In this document: positions 19,674 to 29,415 of the stretch, in pieces | Position numbering within the stretch: the first letter of the stretch is position 1 | How the letters are laid out: each line of letters opens with the position of its first letter | Source of the DNA: Planctomycetales bacterium | GTDB lineage: Bacteria; 4484-113 | DNA length: 64,000 nucleotides | NCBI GenBank assembly: GCA_037441675.1 | Contig: JBBIRS010000001.1 | Coordinates: forward strand, 32,001-96,000 | Direction of reading: 5' to 3' | Made by a program: the position numbers and the translations under genes | Notes under the pieces: generated by a model | Told to the model about the DNA's origin: nothing | What the model saw: the letters and a program-made list of their open reading frames with translations, nothing else | Database searches by the model: none

Positions 19674-20462
19674 ATGAAATCTGAAATAAGAACTTTACCT
19701 AAAATAAGTCCTGACATCCCCGATATTGGTCAGGACGGCGATTTATTAGTTATAAGTCGGGCTCTAAAAATATACCGTGGAAGAAGAGTGGTCAACGATG
19801 TATCGATTTACCTGAGAAAGGGAGAAATAGTTGGATTACTCGGGCCCAACGGTGCAGGTAAAACAACCACATTTTATATGGCAATAGGTCTTGTTAGACC
19901 TGATGGTGGTAAAGTTTACCTAAAAGGTCAGGATATAACAAAACTCCCAATTTATAAGCGTGCTAGGTTAGGAATTGGTTATCTTTCCCAAGAATCAAGT
20001 GTATTTAGAAAGTTAACTGTTGAAGAAAACATAAGACTTGTTTGGGAGGCATTAGGAATACCAGAAAAAGAGCAAGATGAGAGGATTGTTCACCTGCTTG
20101 AGGAGTTCAACATTCTTCACCTTAGACGGCATAAATGCTACGTCCTTTCGGGTGGAGAGAAAAGAAGGGTTGAGGTTGCTCGCGCTTTAGCAGGTAATCC
20201 TGATTTTATTTTACTTGACGAGCCCTTTACTGGGATAGACCCAATAACTATAGAGGGTCTCCAACAAATAGTTGTTTCACTAAAGGAAAAGGGTCTTGGC
20301 GTTATGGTTACCGATCACAATGTGCGAGAAGCTCTTCGCATTTGTGATAGGGCTTATATCTTGGTAGATGGCAAAGTTTTAGTCCAAGGCACTCCAAGCG
20401 AGGTGGCGGAAAATGAGCTTGCCAGAAAGTACTTCTTAGGCGAACGTTTTCGCTACGAATAA
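19674..20462 (+). CDS. lptB: LPS export ABC transporter ATP-binding protein LptB
   Basis: GPNGAGKTTTFYM, LSGGEKRRVE, LDEPFTGIDP, TDHNVRE, YFLGE. Confidence 0.92.
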   Translation: MKSEIRTLPKISPDIPDIGQDGDLLVISRALKIYRGRRVVNDVSIYLRKGEIVGLLGPNGAGKTTTFYMAIGLVRPDGGKVYLKGQDITKLPIYKRARLGIGYLSQESSVFRKLTVEENIRLVWEALGIPEKEQDERIVHLLEEFNILHLRRHKCYVLSGGEKRRVEVARALAGNPDFILLDEPFTGIDPITIEGLQQIVVSLKEKGLGVMVTDHNVREALRICDRAYILVDGKVLVQGTPSEVAENELARKYFLGERFRYE

Positions 20463-20591
20463 TTCTTAATATACAAACTTTTCCCCGTTTTATGTGAATT
20501 TACCTATTAATGGCTATTCATTTTCACTTTCAAGTGCTAAAATAAATAGTTAAAGAAAAAGACGGCTACTAAACAGGTGTTAAAATATATT

Positions 20592-22598
20592 ATGCCAAGG
20601 CATTCAGACACATCAAAAAAGACAGATGAAATTGCAGGAAGTCATCCTCTCAGCGAAGTAGACGAAGATGGTGAGGTTCAAGTTAGTGCTGGTTCTGATG
20701 CTATTCTAACTGATGAAGAGTATACCGCAAGGCACATTCAGGTTCTAAAGGGGCTTGAAGGTGTTCGTCAACGTCCTGCTATGTATGTGGGATCCACCAG
20801 CGAAGCTGGGCTCCATCACCTTGTCTGGGAGATTGTGGACAATGCTATTGATGAGGTGATGGCAGGTCATTGCAATTCGATAGTAGTAACTTTGCATAAG
20901 GACGGTAGCGTCTCAGTCCTTGATAATGGGCGTGGCGTGCCGGTCGAGTTTATGGAAAGCGAGAATATGTATGCTGCTGAAGTTATTTTTGTTACCCTTC
21001 ATGCTGGTGCCAAGTTTGGTTCAGGTGCTTACAAGGTTAGTGGTGGTCTGCATGGTGTCGGCTCTTCAGTTGTTAATGCGCTTTCTAGAAGGTTTGAGGT
21101 GGAGATCTATCGCAATGGCAATGTGTATTTTCTAGCTTGCGAGCGTGGCAAACTTACCGAACCCCTTACTGTTAAAGGTAAAGCGGGAAAGAAACGAGGA
21201 ACGGTTGTTAGGTTCTGGCCTGATCCGGATATCTTTGAGACGACTGAATTTAAGTTTTCAATTATTGAGGAAAGGCTTCGTGAATTGGCTTTTCTGAATG
21301 CTGGTGTTTCAATAACATTAAGAGATGAAAATACTGATACTGAAGAAACATTTAAGTACAAGGGTGGACTTAAAGAGTTCGTTCAATACTTAACAAAACA
21401 GAGGAATGCTCTTCACCGCACAATTCACCATGTTAAGGTAACAACTGGGGTAAGAGTTGAATTTGCGCTCCAATGGACGGATGGTTACAAGGAGTATATC
21501 CTTGGATTTGCTAATAATATTTTCACAAAAGATGGGGGTACTCACATTATCGGCTTGAAAGCGGGGCTAACGCGAGCGGTTAACAGCTATGCTTCTAAAT
21601 TTGGTCTTCTGAAAAATGGCTCAGTGCAACCGACTGGAGATGATATTCGTGAAGGATTAACAGCTGCTATCTCAGTTTGGCTTGAGAATCCGCAATTTGA
21701 AGGTCAAACGAAGAGCCAGCTAGGTAATAGCGATGTTAAGGGCGTAGTTGAATCTATTGTAAATGAATACTTAGGTTCATGGCTAGAGGAACATCCCACA
21801 GAAGCTCGTAGGATTTTTTCAAAGGCTGAGGTTGCAGCGAGGGCTCGCGAAGCAGCAAGAAAGGCCCGCGATATAGTGCGGAAGCAGAGTGGTATTGACA
21901 CTTCACTTCCCGGTAAGCTTGCGGATTGTGCAACAAGGAATCCCGAAAGTAGTGAGCTTTTAATTGTTGAAGGAGACTCTGCCGGTGGGAATGCAAAACA
22001 GGGCAGAAATAGAGAGTTCCAAGCAGTTCTCCCTCTGCGGGGGAAGTTCCTCAACGTGGAAAAGAGTGCCTTGAACAAGATACTTTCCAATCAAGAAGTA
22101 AGAACGCTGATATCCGCCATTGGAACAGGGATAGGTAATGATTTCAACATAGAGAAACTCAGATATCACAAGATTATCCTAATGACAGATGCAGATGTGG
22201 ATGGTGCACATATTAGGACGCTTCTTCTCACGTTCTTTTTCCGCTATATGGAGCCACTGGTTGAATTGGGTCACCTCTATATTGCGCAACCGCCCCTATA
22301 TAGAATTCGGAAAGGCAGTCAAAACATTTACGTTTTTTCAGAGAAGGAAATGCTTGAGAATGTTAAAGAGCTGGGTGGTAACATTGAGGTCACTAGGTTC
22401 AAAGGATTGGGCGAAATGAACGCGGAACAACTATGGGATACTGCTATGAATCCTGAGACTAGAACACTCGTTAGGATGACGGTGGACGATTTAAGAAGAG
22501 CCGCGGATACTTTTGAAAAACTGATGGGGGTTGAAGTTCAGCCAAGGAAAATCTTCATTCATGAATACGCTAAGAGGGTTAAGAATCTTGATATCTAG
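20592..22598 (+). CDS. gyrB: DNA gyrase subunit B
   Basis: EIVDNAIDE, SGGLHGVG, EGDSAGG, PLRGK, DADVDG, RFKGLGEM, C-terminal NLDI; ATG 20592 preferred (ORF track 20577). Confidence 0.93.
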   Translation: MPRHSDTSKKTDEIAGSHPLSEVDEDGEVQVSAGSDAILTDEEYTARHIQVLKGLEGVRQRPAMYVGSTSEAGLHHLVWEIVDNAIDEVMAGHCNSIVVTLHKDGSVSVLDNGRGVPVEFMESENMYAAEVIFVTLHAGAKFGSGAYKVSGGLHGVGSSVVNALSRRFEVEIYRNGNVYFLACERGKLTEPLTVKGKAGKKRGTVVRFWPDPDIFETTEFKFSIIEERLRELAFLNAGVSITLRDENTDTEETFKYKGGLKEFVQYLTKQRNALHRTIHHVKVTTGVRVEFALQWTDGYKEYILGFANNIFTKDGGTHIIGLKAGLTRAVNSYASKFGLLKNGSVQPTGDDIREGLTAAISVWLENPQFEGQTKSQLGNSDVKGVVESIVNEYLGSWLEEHPTEARRIFSKAEVAARAREAARKARDIVRKQSGIDTSLPGKLADCATRNPESSELLIVEGDSAGGNAKQGRNREFQAVLPLRGKFLNVEKSALNKILSNQEVRTLISAIGTGIGNDFNIEKLRYHKIILMTDADVDGAHIRTLLLTFFFRYMEPLVELGHLYIAQPPLYRIRKGSQNIYVFSEKEMLENVKELGGNIEVTRFKGLGEMNAEQLWDTAMNPETRTLVRMTVDDLRRAADTFEKLMGVEVQPRKIFIHEYAKRVKNLDI

Positions 22599-22791
22599 CT
22601 CTCCTGGCATCTTAGCTCGTGATGACAACTTCCTCGCTCTAGTTTAGAATGGGCAAAATTAGCTTATCTTCGCTATTTATTCAACATTGATACTGAATGA
22701 ATTAGGTAACACTTCTCTTCTGTTAGGTATTTAGGAATTTTTCCCTAATATTGCATCAATAACTGTTTTTTGCGATATAATTTCGCCATCT

Positions 22792-23679
22792 ATGCTGAGG
22801 TTGGGATATATCGCACTCGTTCTGGGTTTTGCGTTTGTAATATTTAACGTCTGCATTAAACCATCCTCCGCGCTTGAAGGTAGAGCTGAGAATGCTGAAA
22901 AATGGTCTTCCATCAGCTTTATCCCCGACGAGTTACCGGAAAATCTTGTGGAGTTGAACATTGGAGATGATGGAAATGCCATTGTTAGAGAGTTAAGGAG
23001 GGGAAATCACAAGCTAAAAGAAATTGCATTGACCTTTGATGATGGCCCACATCCCATATATACTTCAAAAATTTTATCCATTCTTCGTTACTACCGTGTC
23101 CCTGCTACGTTCTTTATGGTTGGTGTTCAAGCTGAGCGATACCCAGAATGGGTGAAAATGGTATTTCAAGAAGGCCATGAAATTGGAAGTCATACTTACG
23201 ACCATTTCCGTTTGGTTGATCTACCCTATGATGAACAGGTTTATCAGATTGAAGAATTTCAAAGGTTGATTCACACTCTAACTGGAGTTTATCCAAAGTT
23301 TATCCGTCCACCGGGAGGTAGATACAATAAGTTTACGGTAGAGCTTATGAACCAAAATGGGCTTGCGCTTGGATTGTGGGATATAAATTCAAAAGACGGA
23401 ACCGACGTTTCCAGCGAGAAGATGCTTCGTTCAATTCTAGAAAGTGTCCAAAACGGCTCAATAATTCTACTCCACGATGGAAGCCCCACTTCCGTGGAAG
23501 TATTACCTCTTCTAATTGAAACCTTGAAACGAAGGGGATTTCAGTTTGTTACGATGTCCCAAATGCTTATACATTCCAATTCCGAGCTTCTAGCCAAAGC
23601 TGATTCGGATAACAGAGGAACTTCCAGCCCTGGGAGCGAGAAAAGCCCAGAAGCAAAATGGAAGGTTTATTCGTACTAG
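22792..23679 (+). CDS. Polysaccharide deacetylase (NodB homology, CE4), membrane anchored or exported
   Basis: TFDDGP, HTYDH, RPPGG, LLHDG; N-terminal hydrophobic segment. Confidence 0.92.
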   Translation: MLRLGYIALVLGFAFVIFNVCIKPSSALEGRAENAEKWSSISFIPDELPENLVELNIGDDGNAIVRELRRGNHKLKEIALTFDDGPHPIYTSKILSILRYYRVPATFFMVGVQAERYPEWVKMVFQEGHEIGSHTYDHFRLVDLPYDEQVYQIEEFQRLIHTLTGVYPKFIRPPGGRYNKFTVELMNQNGLALGLWDINSKDGTDVSSEKMLRSILESVQNGSIILLHDGSPTSVEVLPLLIETLKRRGFQFVTMSQMLIHSNSELLAKADSDNRGTSSPGSEKSPEAKWKVYSY

Positions 23680-23782
23680 TTGTGTATCTTCCTCTTAAAA
23701 AAGCTTTGGATAGCGTTTTGATACCTTGTATTACTAATTGAGAAACTAAACTTATTCCTATTAGCCTCTTAGGAAGAGTAAT

Positions 23783-25054
23783 CTACATATTATCATCCAA
23801 GGGAATTGAATCTTTTCCCCGCTTAAATATTAGCACTGCATTGTGTCCGCCAAAACCAAATGAGTTATTCATAGCGTAGGTGAAATTCAATGGAACCGAC
23901 TTATTTGGTGTGTAGTCCAAATCACATTCAGGATCAGGATATTCATAGTTTATTGTAGGAGGAATTTCCTGACGAGAAAGTGCAAGCAAGACCGCAATGC
24001 TTTCCGCTACACCGGCTGCTCCAAGCAGATGTCCATGCATTGATTTTGTAGATGAAATTTTTAACTTATAAGCGTGTTCGCCAAAAACTTTCTTAATTGC
24101 CTCTGTTTCAGTCTTATCGTTCAATTCAGTTGAAGTGCCGTGGGCATTTATATATCCAATATCCGTAGGATTAAGCCCAGCATCTTCCAGCGCAAGTTTC
24201 ATGGCTTTGGCAGCACCTACACCTCCCGGAGCAGGGGCGGTAATATGATAAGCATCAGCGGTAGCACCATATCCTATAATTTCACCGTAGATTTTAGCTC
24301 CGCGCTTTTTCGCCAATTCCATTTCTTCCAATACTAGGATTCCTGCGCCTTCGCCCATTACAAAACCGCTTCTCTTAGCGTCAAATGGACGAGAAGCTCT
24401 TTCTGGCTCGTCATTCCACTTATCCGTAACTGCCTTCATAACGCAGAAACCAGCGAGTCCCAAAGGGTTAACAGCTGATTCCGCGCCTCCCGCGATACAG
24501 ACATCCATATACCCATCTCGAATGGCTCTAAAAGCTTCTCCAATACTATGATTTGAGGTAGAGCAGGCAGATACATGGGCCAAATTTGGCCCCATTACAC
24601 CAAGCTCAATTGCTACAATTCCTGAGGCAGAATTTGCGATAACGTTTGGTATAAATAAAGGACTAACTCTAAGTGCTCCCCGTTCCAAAAGAACCTTTGA
24701 TTGTTCATAAAGCGTTCTAAGACCGCCAATCCCAGAACCAATGTATATTCCAATTCTGTCCTGATTTTCCTCAGTTATCCTAAGGCCTGCCATATTAACT
24801 GCAATCCGTGCTGCTGCAACCGAAAGGGAAATGTAAACGTCATACCTTTTCGCGTCCTTAGCATTCATAAAATTCTCAGGAATGAATTCCCCCAAGTTTG
24901 CGGCTATCCTCACGGGGAAATCACTTACATCAAAAGTGTTAATCTTTCTAACTCCGCTTTTCCCTGCAAAAATGGCTTCAGCGAATGGTTTAAGTCCTGT
25001 CCCGTAACAGCTAATTATTCCGATACCGGTAATTGAAACTCTTCTTTTTAACAT
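23783..25054 (-). CDS. fabF: 3-oxoacyl-ACP synthase II
   Basis: SACSTS, NAHGTST, KSMHGH.LGAAG, NSFGFGGHN. Confidence 0.95.
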   Translation of the reverse strand: MLKRRVSITGIGIISCYGTGLKPFAEAIFAGKSGVRKINTFDVSDFPVRIAANLGEFIPENFMNAKDAKRYDVYISLSVAAARIAVNMAGLRITEENQDRIGIYIGSGIGGLRTLYEQSKVLLERGALRVSPLFIPNVIANSASGIVAIELGVMGPNLAHVSACSTSNHSIGEAFRAIRDGYMDVCIAGGAESAVNPLGLAGFCVMKAVTDKWNDEPERASRPFDAKRSGFVMGEGAGILVLEEMELAKKRGAKIYGEIIGYGATADAYHITAPAPGGVGAAKAMKLALEDAGLNPTDIGYINAHGTSTELNDKTETEAIKKVFGEHAYKLKISSTKSMHGHLLGAAGVAESIAVLLALSRQEIPPTINYEYPDPECDLDYTPNKSVPLNFTYAMNNSFGFGGHNAVLIFKRGKDSIPLDDNM

Positions 25055-25076
25055 ATAGCAAAATTAATAGTTGCAC

Positions 25077-25844
25077 CTAAAGCCTAAGGCCACCACCATT
25101 GATATGCAGTGTTGCACCATTGATATAGCTTGCTGCCTCTGATAGCAAGAAGCAAACAGGATAAGCCACTTCTTCCGGTTTCCCAAACCTCCTCACAGGA
25201 ATTTGAGATTTTAACGACTCTACCACATCATCCCTTAAGTTGCTTGTCATGTCTGTTTCAATGATACCAGGGATAACAGTATTTGCTCTTATGTTTTTTC
25301 TTGCGTATTCTACCGCAATGCTTTTCATTAGCCCTACAATACCGGCTTTGGCTGCAGAGTAATTGCTTTGTCCAAAGCTTCCGACTGTTCCTGCCACAGA
25401 GGATACGCTTACTATTCTTCCGAACTTGATCTTTAACATCTGTTTAATTGCTTCCTTCGTAACGTAGAAAACCGAAGATAGATTAACGCGAATACAATCT
25501 TCCCATTCATCTGCCTTCATTGAGTGAGTTAAAGCGTCCAACCTCGCCCCGGCACAATTTACTAACAATTGAATGTTTCCAAACTTCTTTCCAATTTCTC
25601 CAAACATTGTTTCCACTTGCTCGGGAACAGTTACATCACACTGAAATGCGTATGCCTTTCCTCCATTCGAGGAGATTAAATTGCAGACCTCCTCCGCAGA
25701 TTGCTTGTTCGTCTTGTAGTTAACTATTGTTACAGCATTTGATTTGCCAAGTAGATATGCAATAGCAGAACCAATACCCCTGCTTCCGCCCGTCACGAGA
25801 GCTATTTTGCCTGAAAATTCAAATTCTACGTCAGTGGTATACAG
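25077..25844 (-). CDS. fabG: 3-oxoacyl-ACP reductase, probable CTG start
   Basis: GKIALVTGGSRGIG, NYSAAK, adjacent to fabF; frame open to CTG 25844 with AGGAGG 8 nt upstream (ORF track starts at 25796). Confidence 0.88.
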   Translation of the reverse strand: MYTTDVEFEFSGKIALVTGGSRGIGSAIAYLLGKSNAVTIVNYKTNKQSAEEVCNLISSNGGKAYAFQCDVTVPEQVETMFGEIGKKFGNIQLLVNCAGARLDALTHSMKADEWEDCIRVNLSSVFYVTKEAIKQMLKIKFGRIVSVSSVAGTVGSFGQSNYSAAKAGIVGLMKSIAVEYARKNIRANTVIPGIIETDMTSNLRDDVVESLKSQIPVRRFGKPEEVAYPVCFLLSEAASYINGATLHINGGGLRL

Positions 25845-25967
25845 TTAAATTCCCTCCTTTAAGCAAGTAGTGATGAAAAAAATTATCTCACAAAATATAT
25901 CATAAATGTTTAATTTATTAGTCCTAGCTTCGAAAATATATTTGAACTTTTATTAAAGGTGTTTGTA

Positions 25968-26825
25968 ATGCTAATTCATAGAACAGCAATCGTTCATCCT
26001 GAAGCCCATCTAGAACCGGGCGTGGAAGTTGGTGCGTACAGCATAATTGGTAGAAATACAATAATCCAATCTGACACTAGGATTGGAAGTCATGTGGTTA
26101 TCTGCGAGAATGTTCGTATAGGTTCAGGCTGTGAGATATATTCTCATGCTGTTATTGGTAGCGAGCCACAAGACTTAAAGTACGATGGTTCGCTCTCCAA
26201 TGTGGAGATTGGTGAGGGTTGCAAGATTAGGGAGTTTGTAACGATTAATCGTGGTAGCAAGAATGGTTCTGTTACCCGCGTTGACGATCATACCCTTCTT
26301 ATGACCGGTGTGCATATAGCGCACGATTGCAAGATTGGTAAACACGTTATTATGGCTAATCTAGCAACACTTGGTGGTCATTGTATAGTTGAAGACTATG
26401 CGGTAATGGGGGGAGTGGCGGTTGCGCATCAATTTGTGCGCGTAGGGAAGATGGCGATGGTAGGTGGCACTAGCGGGTTGATGCAAGATGCTCCTCCTTT
26501 TATGATGGTGTTCGGTCCAGCACCAGCGCGTGTTATAAACATTAACCATGTGGGACTTAAACGCAACGGAGTTCCCCCTGAGGTGAGAATGCAATTAAGA
26601 CAAGCCTTTCAATTCCTTTATCGTCAAGGACTAACAATTGAGCAAGCCTTACGTAAAATTGAGATGGAAATTGAGCAAAGCGAATACATAAAGTATCTTG
26701 TAGAGTTCTATAGGACTTCTCAGCGCGGTATTTGTCGGGCAACTCTATCTGTCAGCCCTGCGGAAAAGCTTGATGAAAGAAAAGATTTCTTTGACGAATA
26801 CACAACCAGTATCCCTGCTACTTAA
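25968..26825 (+). CDS. lpxA: UDP-N-acetylglucosamine O-acyltransferase
   Basis: Hexapeptide repeats, PQDLKY, IREFVTINRG, HIAHDC, LGGH, HQF. Confidence 0.93.
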   Translation: MLIHRTAIVHPEAHLEPGVEVGAYSIIGRNTIIQSDTRIGSHVVICENVRIGSGCEIYSHAVIGSEPQDLKYDGSLSNVEIGEGCKIREFVTINRGSKNGSVTRVDDHTLLMTGVHIAHDCKIGKHVIMANLATLGGHCIVEDYAVMGGVAVAHQFVRVGKMAMVGGTSGLMQDAPPFMMVFGPAPARVININHVGLKRNGVPPEVRMQLRQAFQFLYRQGLTIEQALRKIEMEIEQSEYIKYLVEFYRTSQRGICRATLSVSPAEKLDERKDFFDEYTTSIPAT

Positions 26826-26931
26826 GCTAGTATTTATCCATTATTGTTGATGGAACTTTTCAAATTAGAATCGCTCCCCCTTAATTTTTATCAATGTTTA
26901 AGTATCGCTAAGGTTGCTAAAATGGCAATTC

Positions 26932-27846
26932 ATGCTTGTCCGTCTTAGAAACTTCTTGATAAAAACGATAGTACGCTTCCTAATCCTTATCACCAGGTTT
27001 ATGCCTCCAGGCATCTTCGTCGCCCTTTGTCCGATAATTGTCTTTATAGCTTGGCATATCCTGCTTAAACTTAGAAAAGTTACGCTGAGGAACTTGGAGT
27101 TGTGTTTAGGTGGAGAACTTCCAAAAAGAGAAAGGCTTAGGTTAGCAAATCATATCTACAGAAACATCTATTTCACTGCAATTGAGTTTATCTACTTTAT
27201 GCACTGGGATAACAAGAAAATGGAAAGCATAGCTGTTAAGGTTACAGGTTGGGAGCACTTAGAGCGAGCCTTAAAGGAGGGTAAAGGCGTGATTGGTTTA
27301 GCGATGCACTATGGGAACTGGGAGTATTCAGGAGCTTTTCTTCCGCTAAAAGGTGTTCCTTTGGTAGCTGTTGGGAAGGAACAGCGTGATGAATTCTTCA
27401 CAGAGCTTGCGTTTCAAACACGTGTAAAACTTGGCATTGAAAATATTGCTAGAGGAGATAAATTTTCATCCGTTCTTGTTCGAGCCATTAGAGATGGCAA
27501 GGTTTTAGGCTTACTGGCTGATCAAAATGGGGGAATCGATGGAAGGTTCGTTCCGTTCTTTAATCTTCCGGCTAGCACGGTTCGCGGGCCTGCCCAGCTT
27601 GCACTGAAATTTGGTTCACCACTAATTTTGATACTAGCCAGAAGGCTCGCTCCCTTTGCATTTGAGATTCTGGTAAAACCACCTCTACAATACCGTCTCA
27701 CTGGCGATTATGAGCAAGATGAAAGCTCAATACTTACTCAGATAAATAAGCTATATGAGGAGGTCATAAGAGAGGAGCCGAGTCAGTGGCTTTGGTTTCA
27801 TAAAAGATTCAAAACTCGCCCTCCCGGTGAGCCACCCCTCTATTAG
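26932..27846 (+). CDS. Lipid A late acyltransferase (LpxL/HtrB family)
   Basis: HYGNWE, LADQ, PFF, PSQWLWFHKRFK; follows lpxA; ORF track starts at 26914. Confidence 0.88.
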   Translation: MLVRLRNFLIKTIVRFLILITRFMPPGIFVALCPIIVFIAWHILLKLRKVTLRNLELCLGGELPKRERLRLANHIYRNIYFTAIEFIYFMHWDNKKMESIAVKVTGWEHLERALKEGKGVIGLAMHYGNWEYSGAFLPLKGVPLVAVGKEQRDEFFTELAFQTRVKLGIENIARGDKFSSVLVRAIRDGKVLGLLADQNGGIDGRFVPFFNLPASTVRGPAQLALKFGSPLILILARRLAPFAFEILVKPPLQYRLTGDYEQDESSILTQINKLYEEVIREEPSQWLWFHKRFKTRPPGEPPLY

Positions 27847-27921
27847 GATTTTTCTCTCTAGAACCTAGTAACTAAATACCTTATCCTATGGTATTGCGGA
27901 AAACAGATTTTAGCGTGCTAA

Positions 27922-29274
27922 TCACATATTCAACTGAGGTAGACTTATCTTCCCATATCCAAAGGCTTCCATAATGGGCCCAAGATAATAAATGCTTCCC
28001 GCTACGATTGCATTTCCTCCTTCTCGTACGTATGTTTTTGCATATTGAGTTTTTTCTTTGAAGGACGCTTTTTCCAAAAGACAGTTTATTCCCAAAATTT
28101 CTAGAGCATCCTTAATATTCTCAATCTGTTCAGGATGAAGAATGGGAAGATGTATCGGTATCGCCCCCACGACTTTATGCTTAATATGCTTAACCATATT
28201 CAAGATATTCTTTCCCTGTTGACACCCGAATAATAATAGGAATCGCTCTTCTGGCGGGAAGTATGCTTCTATTGTTTGATTCAAGACCTGAAACCCCTGC
28301 TCATTGTGCGCTGCGTCAAAGATAACAATGCCAGCCCCGCTCCTCTGAACTTCAAATCTTCCACGATAGTCCACTGCCAATTTTTCAGGAATCTTGATTA
28401 AATTGGCTTTGATTATATTTTTCAAAAGCACGATGGATAGGTTGATGGCAAGTTCCAAATTGTACTCTTGGTATATTCCTAGCAGATTCGTAAATAAAGT
28501 TTTAGGTACAAGAGTATCAGTACCTCTACCCACCTGTAATTGCTCCGTGGAAAAAAACTGAATTGACAAGGATGGGTCTGCATTTGCCCTATGGACTAAT
28601 ACCAGGGGGGGATACAATTCAGCGCCCTTTAATTTAGCTAATCTAGTAATAAGAGAATATGGAATTGATGAGTTTTCATTCCCATTGGAAAGGCTTCTGC
28701 TTAATAATAGAGGAACACCTTCAGATAAAATCCCAGCCTTTTCGAATGCAATTGAGGAGAGATTACTACCGAGGTAAGCTTCGTGATCGTAAGCTATTCC
28801 AGTAATAGCTGTGATTGCTCTGGGTAAAACATTGCTAGCGTCAAATCTACCACCTAATCCTACTTCCACTAGACAAATCTCTATGTCCAAGAGATCAAAT
28901 ACTAGAAGTGCAGTAAGAAGGGTTGCTTCAAAAAAACTTATATTTACTTCGCATCTCTCTAATTTTTTTTTGAGGAAGCTAACAGCCTCACTGAATATAT
29001 CCGGCTCAACAGTTTTCCCATCAATGCGGACTCTTTCTAAAACGCTGAAAATATGAGGCTTTATGAATGAACCAATCCTACAACTTCCATTCAGAATGCG
29101 CTCCGAAAAGGCTATTACACTTCCCTTGCCATTTGTTCCCCCAACCAGAACAGTTGGCGTCTTAAAAGCCTTAAGGCCAAGTTCGTTAAGAACTCTTCTT
29201 AACCTGTTGAGGTCAAGATCTACTTTCCCAGGCTGAAGGTTAAGTAAAAATCTTTCCGCTTGCTGTATATTCAC
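27922..29274 (-). CDS. folC: Folylpolyglutamate synthase/dihydrofolate synthase
   Basis: GTNGKGS, EVGLGGRFDASN, EKAGI, DAAHN, GSIY. Confidence 0.9.
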   Translation of the reverse strand: MNIQQAERFLLNLQPGKVDLDLNRLRRVLNELGLKAFKTPTVLVGGTNGKGSVIAFSERILNGSCRIGSFIKPHIFSVLERVRIDGKTVEPDIFSEAVSFLKKKLERCEVNISFFEATLLTALLVFDLLDIEICLVEVGLGGRFDASNVLPRAITAITGIAYDHEAYLGSNLSSIAFEKAGILSEGVPLLLSRSLSNGNENSSIPYSLITRLAKLKGAELYPPLVLVHRANADPSLSIQFFSTEQLQVGRGTDTLVPKTLFTNLLGIYQEYNLELAINLSIVLLKNIIKANLIKIPEKLAVDYRGRFEVQRSGAGIVIFDAAHNEQGFQVLNQTIEAYFPPEERFLLLFGCQQGKNILNMVKHIKHKVVGAIPIHLPILHPEQIENIKDALEILGINCLLEKASFKEKTQYAKTYVREGGNAIVAGSIYYLGPIMEAFGYGKISLPQLNM

Positions 29275-29415
29275 TTCTTCAAATTTTACTCAATTCGCCT
29301 TTACCCTGCTCCTTCTGCCGTATAATTATCAAGAGGAGTGTTTGACTTTTATAATTTGAGAGATTATACTGTCAGTTTACGTTTACCAATAAACCACTGA
29401 AAGGTTAAGCCACAC

